Part shown: positions 33,490 through 43,369 of the stretch, in pieces | How the letters are laid out: each line of letters starts with the position of its first letter | Position numbering within the stretch: position 1 is the stretch's first letter | Assembly: GCA_902515985.1 (NCBI GenBank) | Contig: CABXWY010000002.1 | Span: forward strand, 91,448-155,447 | DNA: 64,000 nucleotides | Direction: 5' to 3' | Origin: an uncultured Pelagibacteraceae bacterium | GTDB taxonomy: Bacteria > Pseudomonadota > Alphaproteobacteria > Pelagibacterales > Pelagibacteraceae | Notes under the pieces: generated by a model | The model's database searches: none | The model's input: only the letters and a program-made list of their open reading frames with translations | Told to the model about the DNA's origin: nothing | Made by a program: the position numbers and the translations under genes

Positions 33490-34105
33490 ACTATTCGCGT
33501 CTGATACTCCAAACGGAAAAAAAATTAGTATTATGCTTGAGGAAATCAAGCTTCCTTACAAAGTTACCAAAGTTAATCTTTCAGAAGGAGAACAATTTAA
33601 AGAAGAGTTTGTAAAGATAAGTCCATTTAGCAAAATTCCAGTTATAAAAGATAGGGATAACGATAAAAGCGTTTTTGGATCAGGTGCAATTTTAATATAT
33701 TTAGCTGATAAAACTCAAAAATTTTATCATAAAAAAAATAAAGTAAATATTGACCAATGGTTAATGGCTCAGATGGGATTAGTTGGTCCACAAATTGGAG
33801 CTTACCATCACTTCTATCATTTTAATAAAAGTAAAAGTAAATACAGTGAAGAGAGATATTTCAAAATAACAAAAGATCTATATCAAAGATTAAATGATAG
33901 ATTGTTAGTGTCTAAATATCTTGCAGGAGATGATTACACAATAGCAGATATAGCTACATGGCCTTGGGTAGCGAGACATCAATGGCACGATATTGGTTTA
34001 AGTAATTATTCAAGTCTATGTAAATGGTACGAAGAGATCTCTAATAGAGAAGCAGTTATAAAGGGATATAATTTTATGGGAGGTGGAGCAATCCCTAAAC
34101 CTTAG
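33482..34105 (+). CDS. Glutathione S-transferase (YfcG-like)
   Basis: TPNG, KIP, SGAILIYL, YTIADIA. Confidence 0.88.
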   Translation: MIELFASDTPNGKKISIMLEEIKLPYKVTKVNLSEGEQFKEEFVKISPFSKIPVIKDRDNDKSVFGSGAILIYLADKTQKFYHKKNKVNIDQWLMAQMGLVGPQIGAYHHFYHFNKSKSKYSEERYFKITKDLYQRLNDRLLVSKYLAGDDYTIADIATWPWVARHQWHDIGLSNYSSLCKWYEEISNREAVIKGYNFMGGGAIPKP

Positions 34106-34518
34106 TCGTCAGCATAAACTTTCTCGTTTTTTTCATGTTTTTCTTGAGCGGCAATAGATAGAGTCGCAATTGGTCTCGCCATCAATCTTTTTAATCCAAT
34201 TGGTTCTGCTGTTTCCTCACAGAAGCCATATGTGCCTTCATGAATCTTTTTTATAGCAGAATCAATCTTAGAAATTAATTTCATTTGTCTGTTAATAGCT
34301 CTCATCTCTACATTTTTCTCTGTATATGAACTTGCCTGATCAACTATGTCCGCAGACGTGCTGTTGTCATCTAATGAGCTATTATAAAGGGCTTCATTAT
34401 TCGTCCTTACTAAATCTTTTTTCCATTCCGTAAGTTTATTTTTGAAATAAAGTTTATGCTTTTCACACATATACTTTTCTGATTCTTTTGGTGTATAGTT
34501 TTTTGATATCTTAACCAT
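34102..34518 (-). CDS. dksA: RNA polymerase-binding protein DksA
   Basis: DIVDQAS coiled-coil tip, YGFCEETAEPIGLKRL. Confidence 0.93.
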   Translation of the reverse strand: MVKISKNYTPKESEKYMCEKHKLYFKNKLTEWKKDLVRTNNEALYNSSLDDNSTSADIVDQASSYTEKNVEMRAINRQMKLISKIDSAIKKIHEGTYGFCEETAEPIGLKRLMARPIATLSIAAQEKHEKNEKVYADD

Positions 34519-34539
34519 GTCAACGTTTTTAGCGTCCGG

Positions 34540-34567
34540 AGTATATTCAGCAAATAGGTAGTGTCAA
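34540..34567 (-). promoter_or_regulatory. Sigma70 promoter of dksA
   Basis: Minus strand TTGACA-N16-TATACT then CCGGACGC. Confidence 0.65.
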
Positions 34568-34596
34568 GTAAGGTTTAATTGTGTAAATTCATACAA

Positions 34597-35919
34597 ATGG
34601 AGCTTTATAAAAAAAAAATAAAAAATATTTTTTATGTTTTTTTGACTGCACATTTAGTTATGTGGACTTTGATTCCTTCTTTAACTAATAATAATTTACC
34701 TTTAGATACTATCGAGGCTCTTGCATGGGGAAGTAACCTAGATTGGGGATTTGATAAACATCCACCTATGAGTGCTTTTATTATTGAGATTTTTTATAAT
34801 ATTTTTGGATCGAATGATTGGGCCTATTACTTGCAAAGCCAAATATTTATAATTTTCTCTTTTTTTATTATTTTTCAATTTAGTAAAGAAATATTAAAAA
34901 ATGAAACTTTGGCTCTTTTATCGGTATTATTATTAGAGGGTATTTATTTTTATAATTTTACAACTCCAGAATTTAATGTGAATGTTTGCCAAATTCCTTT
35001 TTGGGTTTTAACAGTATATTTTTCATGGAAAGTTTTTAACCAAAAAATACCGTCTGTGAAAGATTGTGTATTAGTTGGTTTATTTGCTGCTGGAGGTTTT
35101 TTATCTAAGTACTTATTTATTTATTTATTAATATCAATTGATTTACTTTTTATTTATTTGATTTTTATAAGAAAGGAACGGAAGTTTAATTTTAATTATA
35201 TTTTTTCAATTGAAGTTTTTTTAGTCTTAATGATACCTCATGTTATCTGGTTATTTGACAATGAATTCATTACAATTACTTATGGTGTTGCAAGATCAGG
35301 GTTAGAGGCTTCAAATATTATTGATCATTTTAATTATCCAATTTCATTTTTAATAAAGCAGATAGGAATTATTTTGCCATTTATTTTTATGGCAGCCATT
35401 ATCGTAAAAAAAATAAAATATAAATTAAACTTTAAGGATAAAAATCTTTTATTTTTAGTTTTTATAAATATTCTTCCAATTTTTTTGGTGCTTTTAACTT
35501 CAATGATAACAGGTTCGAAGATTAGAACAATGTGGATGACGCCATTCTATCTATTTTTTGGAACTTTAGTAATTTATATTTTTCAAAAACAAATATTAAA
35601 AATAAATTTAAAAAAGTTTTTTATTGCTTTTATTTTTATCTTTTTATTATCTCCAATTACCTATGGATACATATCAATAACTAAAACAGATAAAAGAACA
35701 GACTATCCTGGAAAAGAAATTGCTCAAAAAGTTCAAGCAAAATGGAGTAAAGAATTTGATGATCCAATTAATATTGTTTTAGGTAATGAGTGGAATGCTG
35801 GAAATTTATCTTATCATTTAAAATCAAGACCTGTTTGGGATGGCGAGGTAGATAAAAATAAGCTAGAAACTTATAATAAGTATATTTGTATAGATCAAAT
35901 TTGTGTAGGTAATAAATGA
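34597..35919 (+). CDS. GT-C (GT39/ArnT-like) membrane glycosyltransferase
   Basis: Many TM helices; DTIEALAWG...GFDKHPP; SKY. Confidence 0.8.
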   Translation: MELYKKKIKNIFYVFLTAHLVMWTLIPSLTNNNLPLDTIEALAWGSNLDWGFDKHPPMSAFIIEIFYNIFGSNDWAYYLQSQIFIIFSFFIIFQFSKEILKNETLALLSVLLLEGIYFYNFTTPEFNVNVCQIPFWVLTVYFSWKVFNQKIPSVKDCVLVGLFAAGGFLSKYLFIYLLISIDLLFIYLIFIRKERKFNFNYIFSIEVFLVLMIPHVIWLFDNEFITITYGVARSGLEASNIIDHFNYPISFLIKQIGIILPFIFMAAIIVKKIKYKLNFKDKNLLFLVFINILPIFLVLLTSMITGSKIRTMWMTPFYLFFGTLVIYIFQKQILKINLKKFFIAFIFIFLLSPITYGYISITKTDKRTDYPGKEIAQKVQAKWSKEFDDPINIVLGNEWNAGNLSYHLKSRPVWDGEVDKNKLETYNKYICIDQICVGNK

Positions 35920-36041
35920 ATGAATTTTTAAATACAAAATTTAAAAAAGCTGTTTTCATTATTGTAATTATTGCAATGATCGAGCTTTCAGGTCATGGAA
36001 TATTTGCTTCATTATTTAGATTTTTAAATTCTCTTAATTAA
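35916..36041 (+). CDS. Small 41-aa membrane protein (not in ORF track)
   Basis: ATGA overlap with the upstream stop, ends 2 nt before the next ATG; MNEFLNTKFKKAVFIIVIIAMIELSGHGIFASLFRFLNSLN. Confidence 0.65.
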   Translation: MNEFLNTKFKKAVFIIVIIAMIELSGHGIFASLFRFLNSLN

Positions 36042-36043
36042 AA

Positions 36044-36913
36044 ATGAAAATAATAATTTTGATACCAATTTACAATGATTGGCAATCTGTAAAGAAACTT
36101 TTAGAAAAAATTAATCATGAAGTAAAGGGTATGGATCACTCATTTTCTGTAACTTTAGTAAATGATGCATCTACAGAACAATTTACAGAAAATTTTTCTA
36201 ATTTATCTAATTTAAATTCTATCGAAGTTATTAATCTAAAAAATAATGTTGGTCACACAAGATGTATCGCAACAGGTTTAAAGCATATAAATGAAAATCA
36301 ACAATTTGATTATATTATTCCAATGGATGGAGATGGTGAAGATAGACCTGAAGAAATAAAGTTGTTTGTAGAAAATTTTAATTATCATCCAAATAAAACA
36401 ATTGTTGGAGAAAGAGTAAAAAGATCTGAAAATATTTTATTTAAAATATGTTATTTTTTCCACAAAATTCTAACCTATACTTTCACAGGACAATCAATCA
36501 AATTTGGAAATTATACTTGCTTAACAAAATCAACTATTGAAAAAATGTTAAGTGATAAAGCTACATGGAGTAGTTTTTCAGGATCATTATCAAAGAACTG
36601 TAATGATAAAGCAACAATTTCCTCAGAAAGAGGAAAAAGATATTTTGGTCCTTCGAAAATGAGCTTTTTAAATCTTATAAAACATTCTCTAGCAATAATT
36701 GGAGTGTTTAAATTTAGTGTTTTAGTTAGATCGATACTTTTTGTTTTAGTTTATATGTTTCTAATACACCAAAAAATATCATTTATAATGATATTACCAG
36801 TGATATTTATTGCTATATTTTTAATCTCAACTTTTATAATTTCACAAAGAGGAAGTTTGGATGAAATGAATAATTCACTATCCAATATTTTAATAATTGA
36901 TAAGATAAAATAA
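36044..36913 (+). CDS. GT2 family polyprenol-phosphate glycosyltransferase-like
   Basis: IPIYND, VNDAS, MDGDGED, two C-terminal TM helices. Confidence 0.85.
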   Translation: MKIIILIPIYNDWQSVKKLLEKINHEVKGMDHSFSVTLVNDASTEQFTENFSNLSNLNSIEVINLKNNVGHTRCIATGLKHINENQQFDYIIPMDGDGEDRPEEIKLFVENFNYHPNKTIVGERVKRSENILFKICYFFHKILTYTFTGQSIKFGNYTCLTKSTIEKMLSDKATWSSFSGSLSKNCNDKATISSERGKRYFGPSKMSFLNLIKHSLAIIGVFKFSVLVRSILFVLVYMFLIHQKISFIMILPVIFIAIFLISTFIISQRGSLDEMNNSLSNILIIDKIK

Positions 36914-37740
36914 TGAAAATTAACTTAATATCTGGTGCATTGGGAGCTGAAATATCTGGTTTAGACTTAAAAGACTCTTCAGAGGAAAATTGGAAAGTAA
37001 TTAATGACCTTCTTTTAGAGCACAAAGTTCTTTTTTTAAGAAATCAAAATATTTCACCAGAAGAGCAAATTAATTTTGCAAAGCGATTTGGGCCTTTAGA
37101 AAAACATGTATATGTTAAAGGAAGAGATCAATTCCCAGAAATAATTAGAATAATTAAAAAACCAGATGAAAAACAGCAGTGGGGGGAAACTTGGCATACA
37201 GACGTAAGTTACAATCCAAAACCTACTAAAGTAATCATTTTAAGATCAATTAAAATTCCTCCTGTTGGTGGAGACACGATGTTTTCCAATATGGAGCTGG
37301 CTTATGAAACTTTAGATAATGATCTTAAAGAAAAAATTAAAGACAAGAAAGCAGTTCATAGTTCTCTTGGTGCTGCAGCGTTTGTCGATGCTTATAAAGG
37401 CATGGAAGGTAACGGTAATTTAGATGAATATTCAAACATTCACCCAATTGTTAGAACTCATCCAGAAACAGGTAAAAAAATCCTTTACGTTAATTCTATG
37501 TATACAAAAAGAATTGAAGGTCTAGATGAAAGTGAAAGTAGCAAACTATTAAAAGAATTATTTGCTCACCAAGAAAGATTAGATCTAACTTGTAGATTTA
37601 AATGGACTGAAAATGCTGTTGCTATTTGGGATAACAGAAGTACACAGCATCAAGGCTTAACTGATTTCTTCCCCGGCAGAGGATTGGGACATGAAAGAGT
37701 TATGGATAGAATTGCTATAGAAGGCGATCAACCAATATAA
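36913..37740 (+). CDS. TauD/TfdA family Fe(II)/2-oxoglutarate dioxygenase
   Basis: WHTD, GGDT, HPIVRTHPETG, WDNRSTQH. Confidence 0.9.
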   Translation: MKINLISGALGAEISGLDLKDSSEENWKVINDLLLEHKVLFLRNQNISPEEQINFAKRFGPLEKHVYVKGRDQFPEIIRIIKKPDEKQQWGETWHTDVSYNPKPTKVIILRSIKIPPVGGDTMFSNMELAYETLDNDLKEKIKDKKAVHSSLGAAAFVDAYKGMEGNGNLDEYSNIHPIVRTHPETGKKILYVNSMYTKRIEGLDESESSKLLKELFAHQERLDLTCRFKWTENAVAIWDNRSTQHQGLTDFFPGRGLGHERVMDRIAIEGDQPI

Positions 37741-37756
37741 ATAATCAAATAAAGAT

Positions 37757-39871
37757 ATGTCCCAAGAAATAGTAGACGTCCTAAAAAATAATATTGACAC
37801 CTTGTGGGTAATTGATTGTGCAATTTTAGTTTTTATTATGCAAGCAGGTTTTATGTGTATGGAAACCGGTTTATCTAGATATAAAAATAGTATCAATGTT
37901 GCATTGAAAAATGCGGCAGACTTTGGTGTTTCTGTAGTTATCTTTTGGATTTTCGGATTTGGTATTATGTTTGGTACCTCTTACAACGGTTTTTTTGGTA
38001 CCGATTTATTTTTCTTTAAAACAGAAAAAGCGGAATACATGACTTATTTTGTTTTCCAAGCAATGTTTGTTGCAACTGCTGCAACAATTATCTCTGGTGC
38101 AGTTGCAGAAAGAATGAAATTTAATGGATATTTGATTATGACAGTTTTAGCTACTGGAGTAATATATCCTATTGTTGGCCATTGGGCTTGGTCTTCAAGT
38201 TATCTTACTGGTTCAGTTAAATCTTCAGGTTGGTTGTCAGATATAGGATTTGTAGATTTTGCTGGGAGTACAATTGTACATTCCGTGGGAGGATGGATTG
38301 CCTTAGCAGCAGTTATTATATTGGGGCCAAGAATTGGTAAATATTCAGAGGCAAATAAAGGCAAGTTTACTGGATCTAGTTTTCCTTTGGCGGTTTTGGG
38401 AACACTTATTTTATGGTTTGGTTGGTTTGGTTTTAATGGAGGAAGCAATGGGGCAATGGATGAGGCAGTACCATTAATTTTAATTAATACATTTTTAGCA
38501 GCAGCATTTGGTTTATTAACAGGTTTAACTATTTCATATTTTAAATATAAGAAACCTGATCCTTTTTATATTATTTTAGGTCCATTAGCAGGATTGGTTG
38601 CAATTACAGCTGGATGTAATTCAATGTCATCAGTAATTTCAATTTTTGTCGGAATAATAGGTTCAATAATTGCTATCATTGTAAATGAAACTTTGAATAA
38701 GTTTGAAATTGATGATGTTGTAGGTGCAGTTCCAGTTCATTTAGCTGCAGGTATTTGGGGAACTTTAGCTGTTGGTTTATTCTCAGATTTAACAATTTTA
38801 GATACTGGGTTAGACAGATTTTCACAAATTAAAATCCAATTAATTGGTATAACATCAATCGGTTTATTTACGTTTATTTCATCTTATTTTGTTTTGAGTA
38901 TAGTAAATAAATTTTATCCTCTACGGGTAAGTCCTGTACAAGAGGAGTTAGGGCTAAATATTGCTGAGCACAATGCAGTTTCAGTTGAGCATGATTTAAT
39001 TTCGATTTTAGACAAGCAGTCTGAGTCAGGAGATCTCAAAATTAGAGGACCTCAAGATCCATTTACTGCAGGTGGAGTAATTGGTCTTTATTATAACAAG
39101 TTAATGAGTAAGCTAGAGACAAGTGAAGAAGAGAAAAATAAGTGGCGTGCGAGAATATCCAAAGAAGTTAAGTTAGCAGTGAAGGTTCAAGAAAACTTTT
39201 TGCCAAAAAGAAATTTAAAAAATTATCCTGTAAAAGGTATAAATATAGCTGCCAGAGAGGTTTCAGGAGATTTTTTTAGTTTTTATCCTCATAACGATAA
39301 TGTTTATTTCATTATTGCAGATGTAGCTGGCAAAGGAATACATGCAGGAATGGTTATGGCTAAAGCGTCAACTTTATTTGAAATATTGGCTAGAGATAAA
39401 GTTGATGTAGATGAAATTGCATTTCATATGAACAATGATTTATTTTATACTAAAACGAGTGGAATGTTTGTAACTTCAATCATTGGAAATTATAATATTA
39501 CTACTGGTGAAATAGTATGGGTAAACGCTGGTCACCAACCCGCGTTAGTAAGAGATAAAAATGGAAATTTTGAAGAATATGAAAGTAAATCTCCTCCACT
39601 AGGTGTGATTGTGCAAAAAGCAAAATCAAGTTATTCTATTAATAGAATTAATTTAAATAGTAACAGACTTTATGCATTTACAGATGGATTGTCTGAAAGT
39701 TTAGACGAAAATAATGAAGAAATCGGTATCGAAGGTTCAAAAAAAGTAATTAATAATAATTTTAGTAATAATATTAATGATGAATTAAATAATATTACAA
39801 AAGAAGTTACTACTTCTTCTAAAATTGATAAATTAAGTGATGATTTAACTATAGTTGTTATAGGTAAATAA
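37757..39871 (+). CDS. Ammonium transporter fused to C-terminal SpoIIE/PP2C phosphatase
   Basis: Amt motifs FQAMF, AERM, DFAGSTIVH, WFGWFGFN, DDVVGAVPVH; PP2C motifs SGDFF, ADVAGKG, NAGH, TDGLSE, DDLT. Confidence 0.9.
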   Translation: MSQEIVDVLKNNIDTLWVIDCAILVFIMQAGFMCMETGLSRYKNSINVALKNAADFGVSVVIFWIFGFGIMFGTSYNGFFGTDLFFFKTEKAEYMTYFVFQAMFVATAATIISGAVAERMKFNGYLIMTVLATGVIYPIVGHWAWSSSYLTGSVKSSGWLSDIGFVDFAGSTIVHSVGGWIALAAVIILGPRIGKYSEANKGKFTGSSFPLAVLGTLILWFGWFGFNGGSNGAMDEAVPLILINTFLAAAFGLLTGLTISYFKYKKPDPFYIILGPLAGLVAITAGCNSMSSVISIFVGIIGSIIAIIVNETLNKFEIDDVVGAVPVHLAAGIWGTLAVGLFSDLTILDTGLDRFSQIKIQLIGITSIGLFTFISSYFVLSIVNKFYPLRVSPVQEELGLNIAEHNAVSVEHDLISILDKQSESGDLKIRGPQDPFTAGGVIGLYYNKLMSKLETSEEEKNKWRARISKEVKLAVKVQENFLPKRNLKNYPVKGINIAAREVSGDFFSFYPHNDNVYFIIADVAGKGIHAGMVMAKASTLFEILARDKVDVDEIAFHMNNDLFYTKTSGMFVTSIIGNYNITTGEIVWVNAGHQPALVRDKNGNFEEYESKSPPLGVIVQKAKSSYSINRINLNSNRLYAFTDGLSESLDENNEEIGIEGSKKVINNNFSNNINDELNNITKEVTTSSKIDKLSDDLTIVVIGK

Positions 39872-39877
39872 ATGTTT

Positions 39878-41155
39878 TTAGGCTTTTATTTTGGGTAGAG
39901 AATAAAAGTCAGCTGTATCAATTTTAGACGAATGTTCTCTTCTCATATTCCATTTTTTATAAACACCTGCGCTTGCAAGACTTAACGTAGCTCTTCCATA
40001 ACGATAATTAGTATTATCCATTGATCTCATCAATCTATTTATTTTTTCATCTTTTTCAGATGAGAATAAATTTTCTTTTTGATTTTCATTTGATAGCCCT
40101 GTTAACATTACTCCTGCTTTTTGGTATCGACAGCCATGTTTAAAAATATTTTCTAATATTGAAATTGCAGCCTTAACAGTTTCAATACTATTGTTCGTTG
40201 CTATTGGAAAATCAATTGTTTTTGAATTTGAATAGTAGCCAAAATTTCTTTGAAAAGGACTTGTTCTAACAAAAACTGTTATTGCTTTTGCAACTAAATT
40301 TTCTGATCTAATTTTTTCAGATGCATTTAAGCAGTAATTTGCAACTGCCTCTTTTAGTTCTTGAAAATGTTCAACTCTTTTTCCAAATGAACGGGATACA
40401 ACACAACTTTTTCTTTTTGTTTGAGTTGTTTCCAAATCAATACAAGGAATACCTCTAAGCTCCATAGCAGTTCTTGAACTTAAAACATTTGAACATTTTT
40501 TGATCCATGTATTAGATTTATTCTTTAATTGTTTTGCATTATAAACTCCATTTTTCTGATAAAATTTAGTTAACTGTCTTCCAACTCCCCAAATATCATT
40601 TATTTCTATTTTTTCTAATATCGGATCAAGATTTTCGATACCAATTAAGCTTGTAACACCAGATTGTTTTTTCTTTGCAATATGATTTGCAATTTTACTT
40701 AAAGTTTTTGTCTTTGCTATCCCTATGCTTGTTGGTATACCTGTCCATTGCAAAACAGTATTTCTAATTTCTTTTCCAACTTTTTCAACTTCTGTATCAG
40801 AAAAATTCGATAAATCCATAAACGCTTCATCGATCGAATAAACCTCTATTTCTGGATTGAATCTTTTTAGAGTTCTCATAACCCTTCTCGATAAATCACC
40901 ATACAAAGAATAATTTGACGAAAAAACTTGGACATTATTTTTGATAATTATATCTTTTGCTTTAAAATAAGGTTCGCCCATTTTAATACCTAAAGCTTTT
41001 GCCTCGTTAGACCTTGAGATTATACAACCATCATTGTTAGATAAAACAACAACAGGTTTTTTTCTTATTTTTGGGTTAAATAATCTTTCACAAGAAACAT
41101 AGAAAGAATTACAATCTATTAATGCAATTTTTTTAGTATACTGAGTGGATGACAT
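39878..41155 (-). CDS. umuC: Y-family DNA polymerase V subunit UmuC
   Basis: [27 protein letters not shown]. Confidence 0.92.
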   Translation of the reverse strand: MSSTQYTKKIALIDCNSFYVSCERLFNPKIRKKPVVVLSNNDGCIISRSNEAKALGIKMGEPYFKAKDIIIKNNVQVFSSNYSLYGDLSRRVMRTLKRFNPEIEVYSIDEAFMDLSNFSDTEVEKVGKEIRNTVLQWTGIPTSIGIAKTKTLSKIANHIAKKKQSGVTSLIGIENLDPILEKIEINDIWGVGRQLTKFYQKNGVYNAKQLKNKSNTWIKKCSNVLSSRTAMELRGIPCIDLETTQTKRKSCVVSRSFGKRVEHFQELKEAVANYCLNASEKIRSENLVAKAITVFVRTSPFQRNFGYYSNSKTIDFPIATNNSIETVKAAISILENIFKHGCRYQKAGVMLTGLSNENQKENLFSSEKDEKINRLMRSMDNTNYRYGRATLSLASAGVYKKWNMRREHSSKIDTADFYSLPKIKA

Positions 41156-41528
41156 AAGTTACAACTCCCCAAATAAAAATATCTTCTTCTTCGTTGATTA
41201 AAATTCTATCTTTAAAATCTTTAGATCCTGAGGTTAAAAATTTTTTATCTCTTTCTTGCACAAAGCTTTTAACCACTAATTCGTCATGGACATTTGCAAT
41301 TACAGTTGAGAAATTTCTAGGTGTTAAACTTTTGTCGACAACTAGTATGTCCCCATCATTGATTCCAACATCAATCATTGACTTTCCTTGAACCCTGATC
41401 ACAAAGGTTGCTGGAACATTCTTGATCAAGTGAACGTTCAGATCTATATCTTCCTCTATGTAATCAGTTGCTGGAGATGGAAAACCAGCTCCTGCTTTAT
41501 GTAAATAATAAGGTATGGTCAGCTTCAT
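41133..41528 (-). CDS. umuD: UmuD (S24 autopeptidase)
   Basis: AGFPSPA cleavage site, GKSM Ser, VVK Lys, WGVV; start reset to MKLTIPY. Confidence 0.9.
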   Translation of the reverse strand: MKLTIPYYLHKAGAGFPSPATDYIEEDIDLNVHLIKNVPATFVIRVQGKSMIDVGINDGDILVVDKSLTPRNFSTVIANVHDELVVKSFVQERDKKFLTSGSKDFKDRILINEEEDIFIWGVVTYVIHSVY

Positions 41529-41535
41529 AATAAAT

Positions 41536-41550
41536 GTTCCTATTTTGTTC
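41536..41550 (-). promoter_or_regulatory. LexA (SOS) box of umuDC
   Basis: GTTC-CTATTTT-GTTC, i.e. alphaproteobacterial GTTC-N7-GTTC; -35 TTGACA at 41577-41582 on the minus strand. Confidence 0.85.
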
Positions 41551-41701
41551 TTATTAGTACAACACTTATTCAATGGTGTCAAATAGGTTGTATTTTGAGT
41601 CTGGAACTGAATCAAAAGTGAATCAAAACGTGAACATCCAAACTACATTTTGTTAGATTGTGGATAACTTGGACAAGGGATAGATTGCTTAGATATAAAT
41701 T

Positions 41702-42073
41702 ATGGAAAAATTGAATTGTCATTGTGGTCAAATCGAAATCGAAGTGAATTTAACTAAAGACTTAAAAGATCTTTACAGATGTAATTGTTCAATGTGTAAA
41801 AGAAAGGGAGCAATAAGTACTGTCATTGATAAAAAAGATTTGAAGGTGATAAAAGGGGAAGAGTTATTAAAATTTTATCAATTTAAGACAAATGTTGCTA
41901 AACATTATTTTTGTACTAATTGTGGAATATACACTCACAATCAAAGAAGAGCAGATCCTAATACATATGGTATAAATGTAGGATGTTTAAATGGAATAAC
42001 AGAAGATGAGTTATTTAAATTTAAAGTAAGAATAAATGATGGACATAACCATATATTAGATAGGAAAAAATAA
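41702..42073 (+). CDS. GFA/CENP-V family protein
   Basis: CHCG, CNCSMC, HYFCTNCGI. Confidence 0.9.
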   Translation: MEKLNCHCGQIEIEVNLTKDLKDLYRCNCSMCKRKGAISTVIDKKDLKVIKGEELLKFYQFKTNVAKHYFCTNCGIYTHNQRRADPNTYGINVGCLNGITEDELFKFKVRINDGHNHILDRKK

Positions 42074-42441
42074 TGATAAAAAAATTAAAATGTCACTGTG
42101 GAAATGTTGAAGCTGAAGTAAATATTCCTGACAATGGAATTGAAAAAATAATGAGATGCAATTGTTCTATCTGTAAAAAAAAGGGATATGTAATTGGAGT
42201 ACTAGGTGAAAATGATTTTAAATTAACTAAAGGAGAAGATTCTTTAAAACTTTACCAATTTTATACAAATACTGCCAAACATTATTTTTGTATGAATTGT
42301 GGAATTCACACACATAATAGACCAAGAATTAATCCGAAAATTTATGGAATAAATGTTGCTTGTATAGATGATATCGATGTTTTTCAATTTAAAGATATTG
42401 CAGTTAATGACGGTCGTAATCATCCTTTAGATAAAAAATAA
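42073..42441 (+). CDS. GFA/CENP-V family protein (tandem paralog)
   Basis: CHCG, CNCSIC, HYFCMNCGI. Confidence 0.9.
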   Translation: MIKKLKCHCGNVEAEVNIPDNGIEKIMRCNCSICKKKGYVIGVLGENDFKLTKGEDSLKLYQFYTNTAKHYFCMNCGIHTHNRPRINPKIYGINVACIDDIDVFQFKDIAVNDGRNHPLDKK

Positions 42442-42442
42442 A

Positions 42443-43369
42443 ATGTCCCAAATTTCTGCATGTTTAAATAAAGTTAAAAAGCCTTGTTATAGATTTATAT
42501 CAACTCAGGAAATCTCTAACGAAAAATTTAAAAATAAAGATAAAATGTTAAGATCTTTTCTCATACCAGTTTGTTTTTGGATTGCTAAAAAAGTGAAGAA
42601 AAATAAAACTATGATTGTGGGTTTATCAGGGGGTCAAGGGACAGGGAAAACAACAATTTCTTCTATTATTAAAATAATACTAGAAAAGTACTTTAAATTG
42701 AATGTATTTAAAATTTCAATTGACGATTTTTATAAAACAAGTAAAGAAAGAATTATTTTGTCTAAAAAAGTCCATCCATTGTTAAAAACTAGAGGAGTTC
42801 CAGGAACTCATGATATTGATATGATGCTTAACTTGTTTAAAAAGGTTAAAGCTAAAAAGTTGAAAAGTTTATCACTTCCAAAATTTGATAAATCTATTGA
42901 TGATAGGGTTTCAAAAAAAAAATGGTATAAAGTTAAATCAAAACCAGATATTGTAATATTTGAAGGTTGGTGCGTTGGTGCAAAATCACAAAGTACAAAA
43001 CAACTTATAAATCCAATCAATTCTCTAGAAAGATTAAATGATCAATCCATGAAATGGAGAAAATATGTAAATTTAAACCTAAAAAATAAATACAAAAAGT
43101 TTCATAGCATGATGGATTGCTTATTGTATTTGAAAGCAGAAAATTTTGCTTTATTAAGGAAGTGGAGATTGGTTCAAGAGAAAAAATTAAAAATTACAAA
43201 TAAAAATAAAAAAAATTTGAAAGTAATGAATAAACAAGAAGTATTAAATTTTATGATGACATATCAAAGAATTACAGAACATATGTTTAAAACTGCAACA
43301 AAATACTCATCAATTGTAATGTCATTAAATGGACATCATCAAATTACAAAACTTAAATACAACAAATGA
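42443..43369 (+). CDS. P-loop kinase, D-glycerate 3-kinase (GLYK)/uridine kinase-like
   Basis: GGQGTGKTT, SIDDFY, RGVPGTHD, PKFDKSIDDR, FEGWCVG. Confidence 0.75.
   Translation: MSQISACLNKVKKPCYRFISTQEISNEKFKNKDKMLRSFLIPVCFWIAKKVKKNKTMIVGLSGGQGTGKTTISSIIKIILEKYFKLNVFKISIDDFYKTSKERIILSKKVHPLLKTRGVPGTHDIDMMLNLFKKVKAKKLKSLSLPKFDKSIDDRVSKKKWYKVKSKPDIVIFEGWCVGAKSQSTKQLINPINSLERLNDQSMKWRKYVNLNLKNKYKKFHSMMDCLLYLKAENFALLRKWRLVQEKKLKITNKNKKNLKVMNKQEVLNFMMTYQRITEHMFKTATKYSSIVMSLNGHHQITKLKYNK

Noticed and set aside
39878-41528. umuDC as cargo of a plasmid or ICE
   Set aside because: No mobility genes or boundaries; composition and LexA box match the host.
41529-41615. N-terminal extensions given by the ORF track for umuD (also tilS, aroC, xseB, pxpA, nadA)
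   Set aside because: They run through promoter or LexA sites or neighbouring genes; downstream ATGs fit the family starts better.
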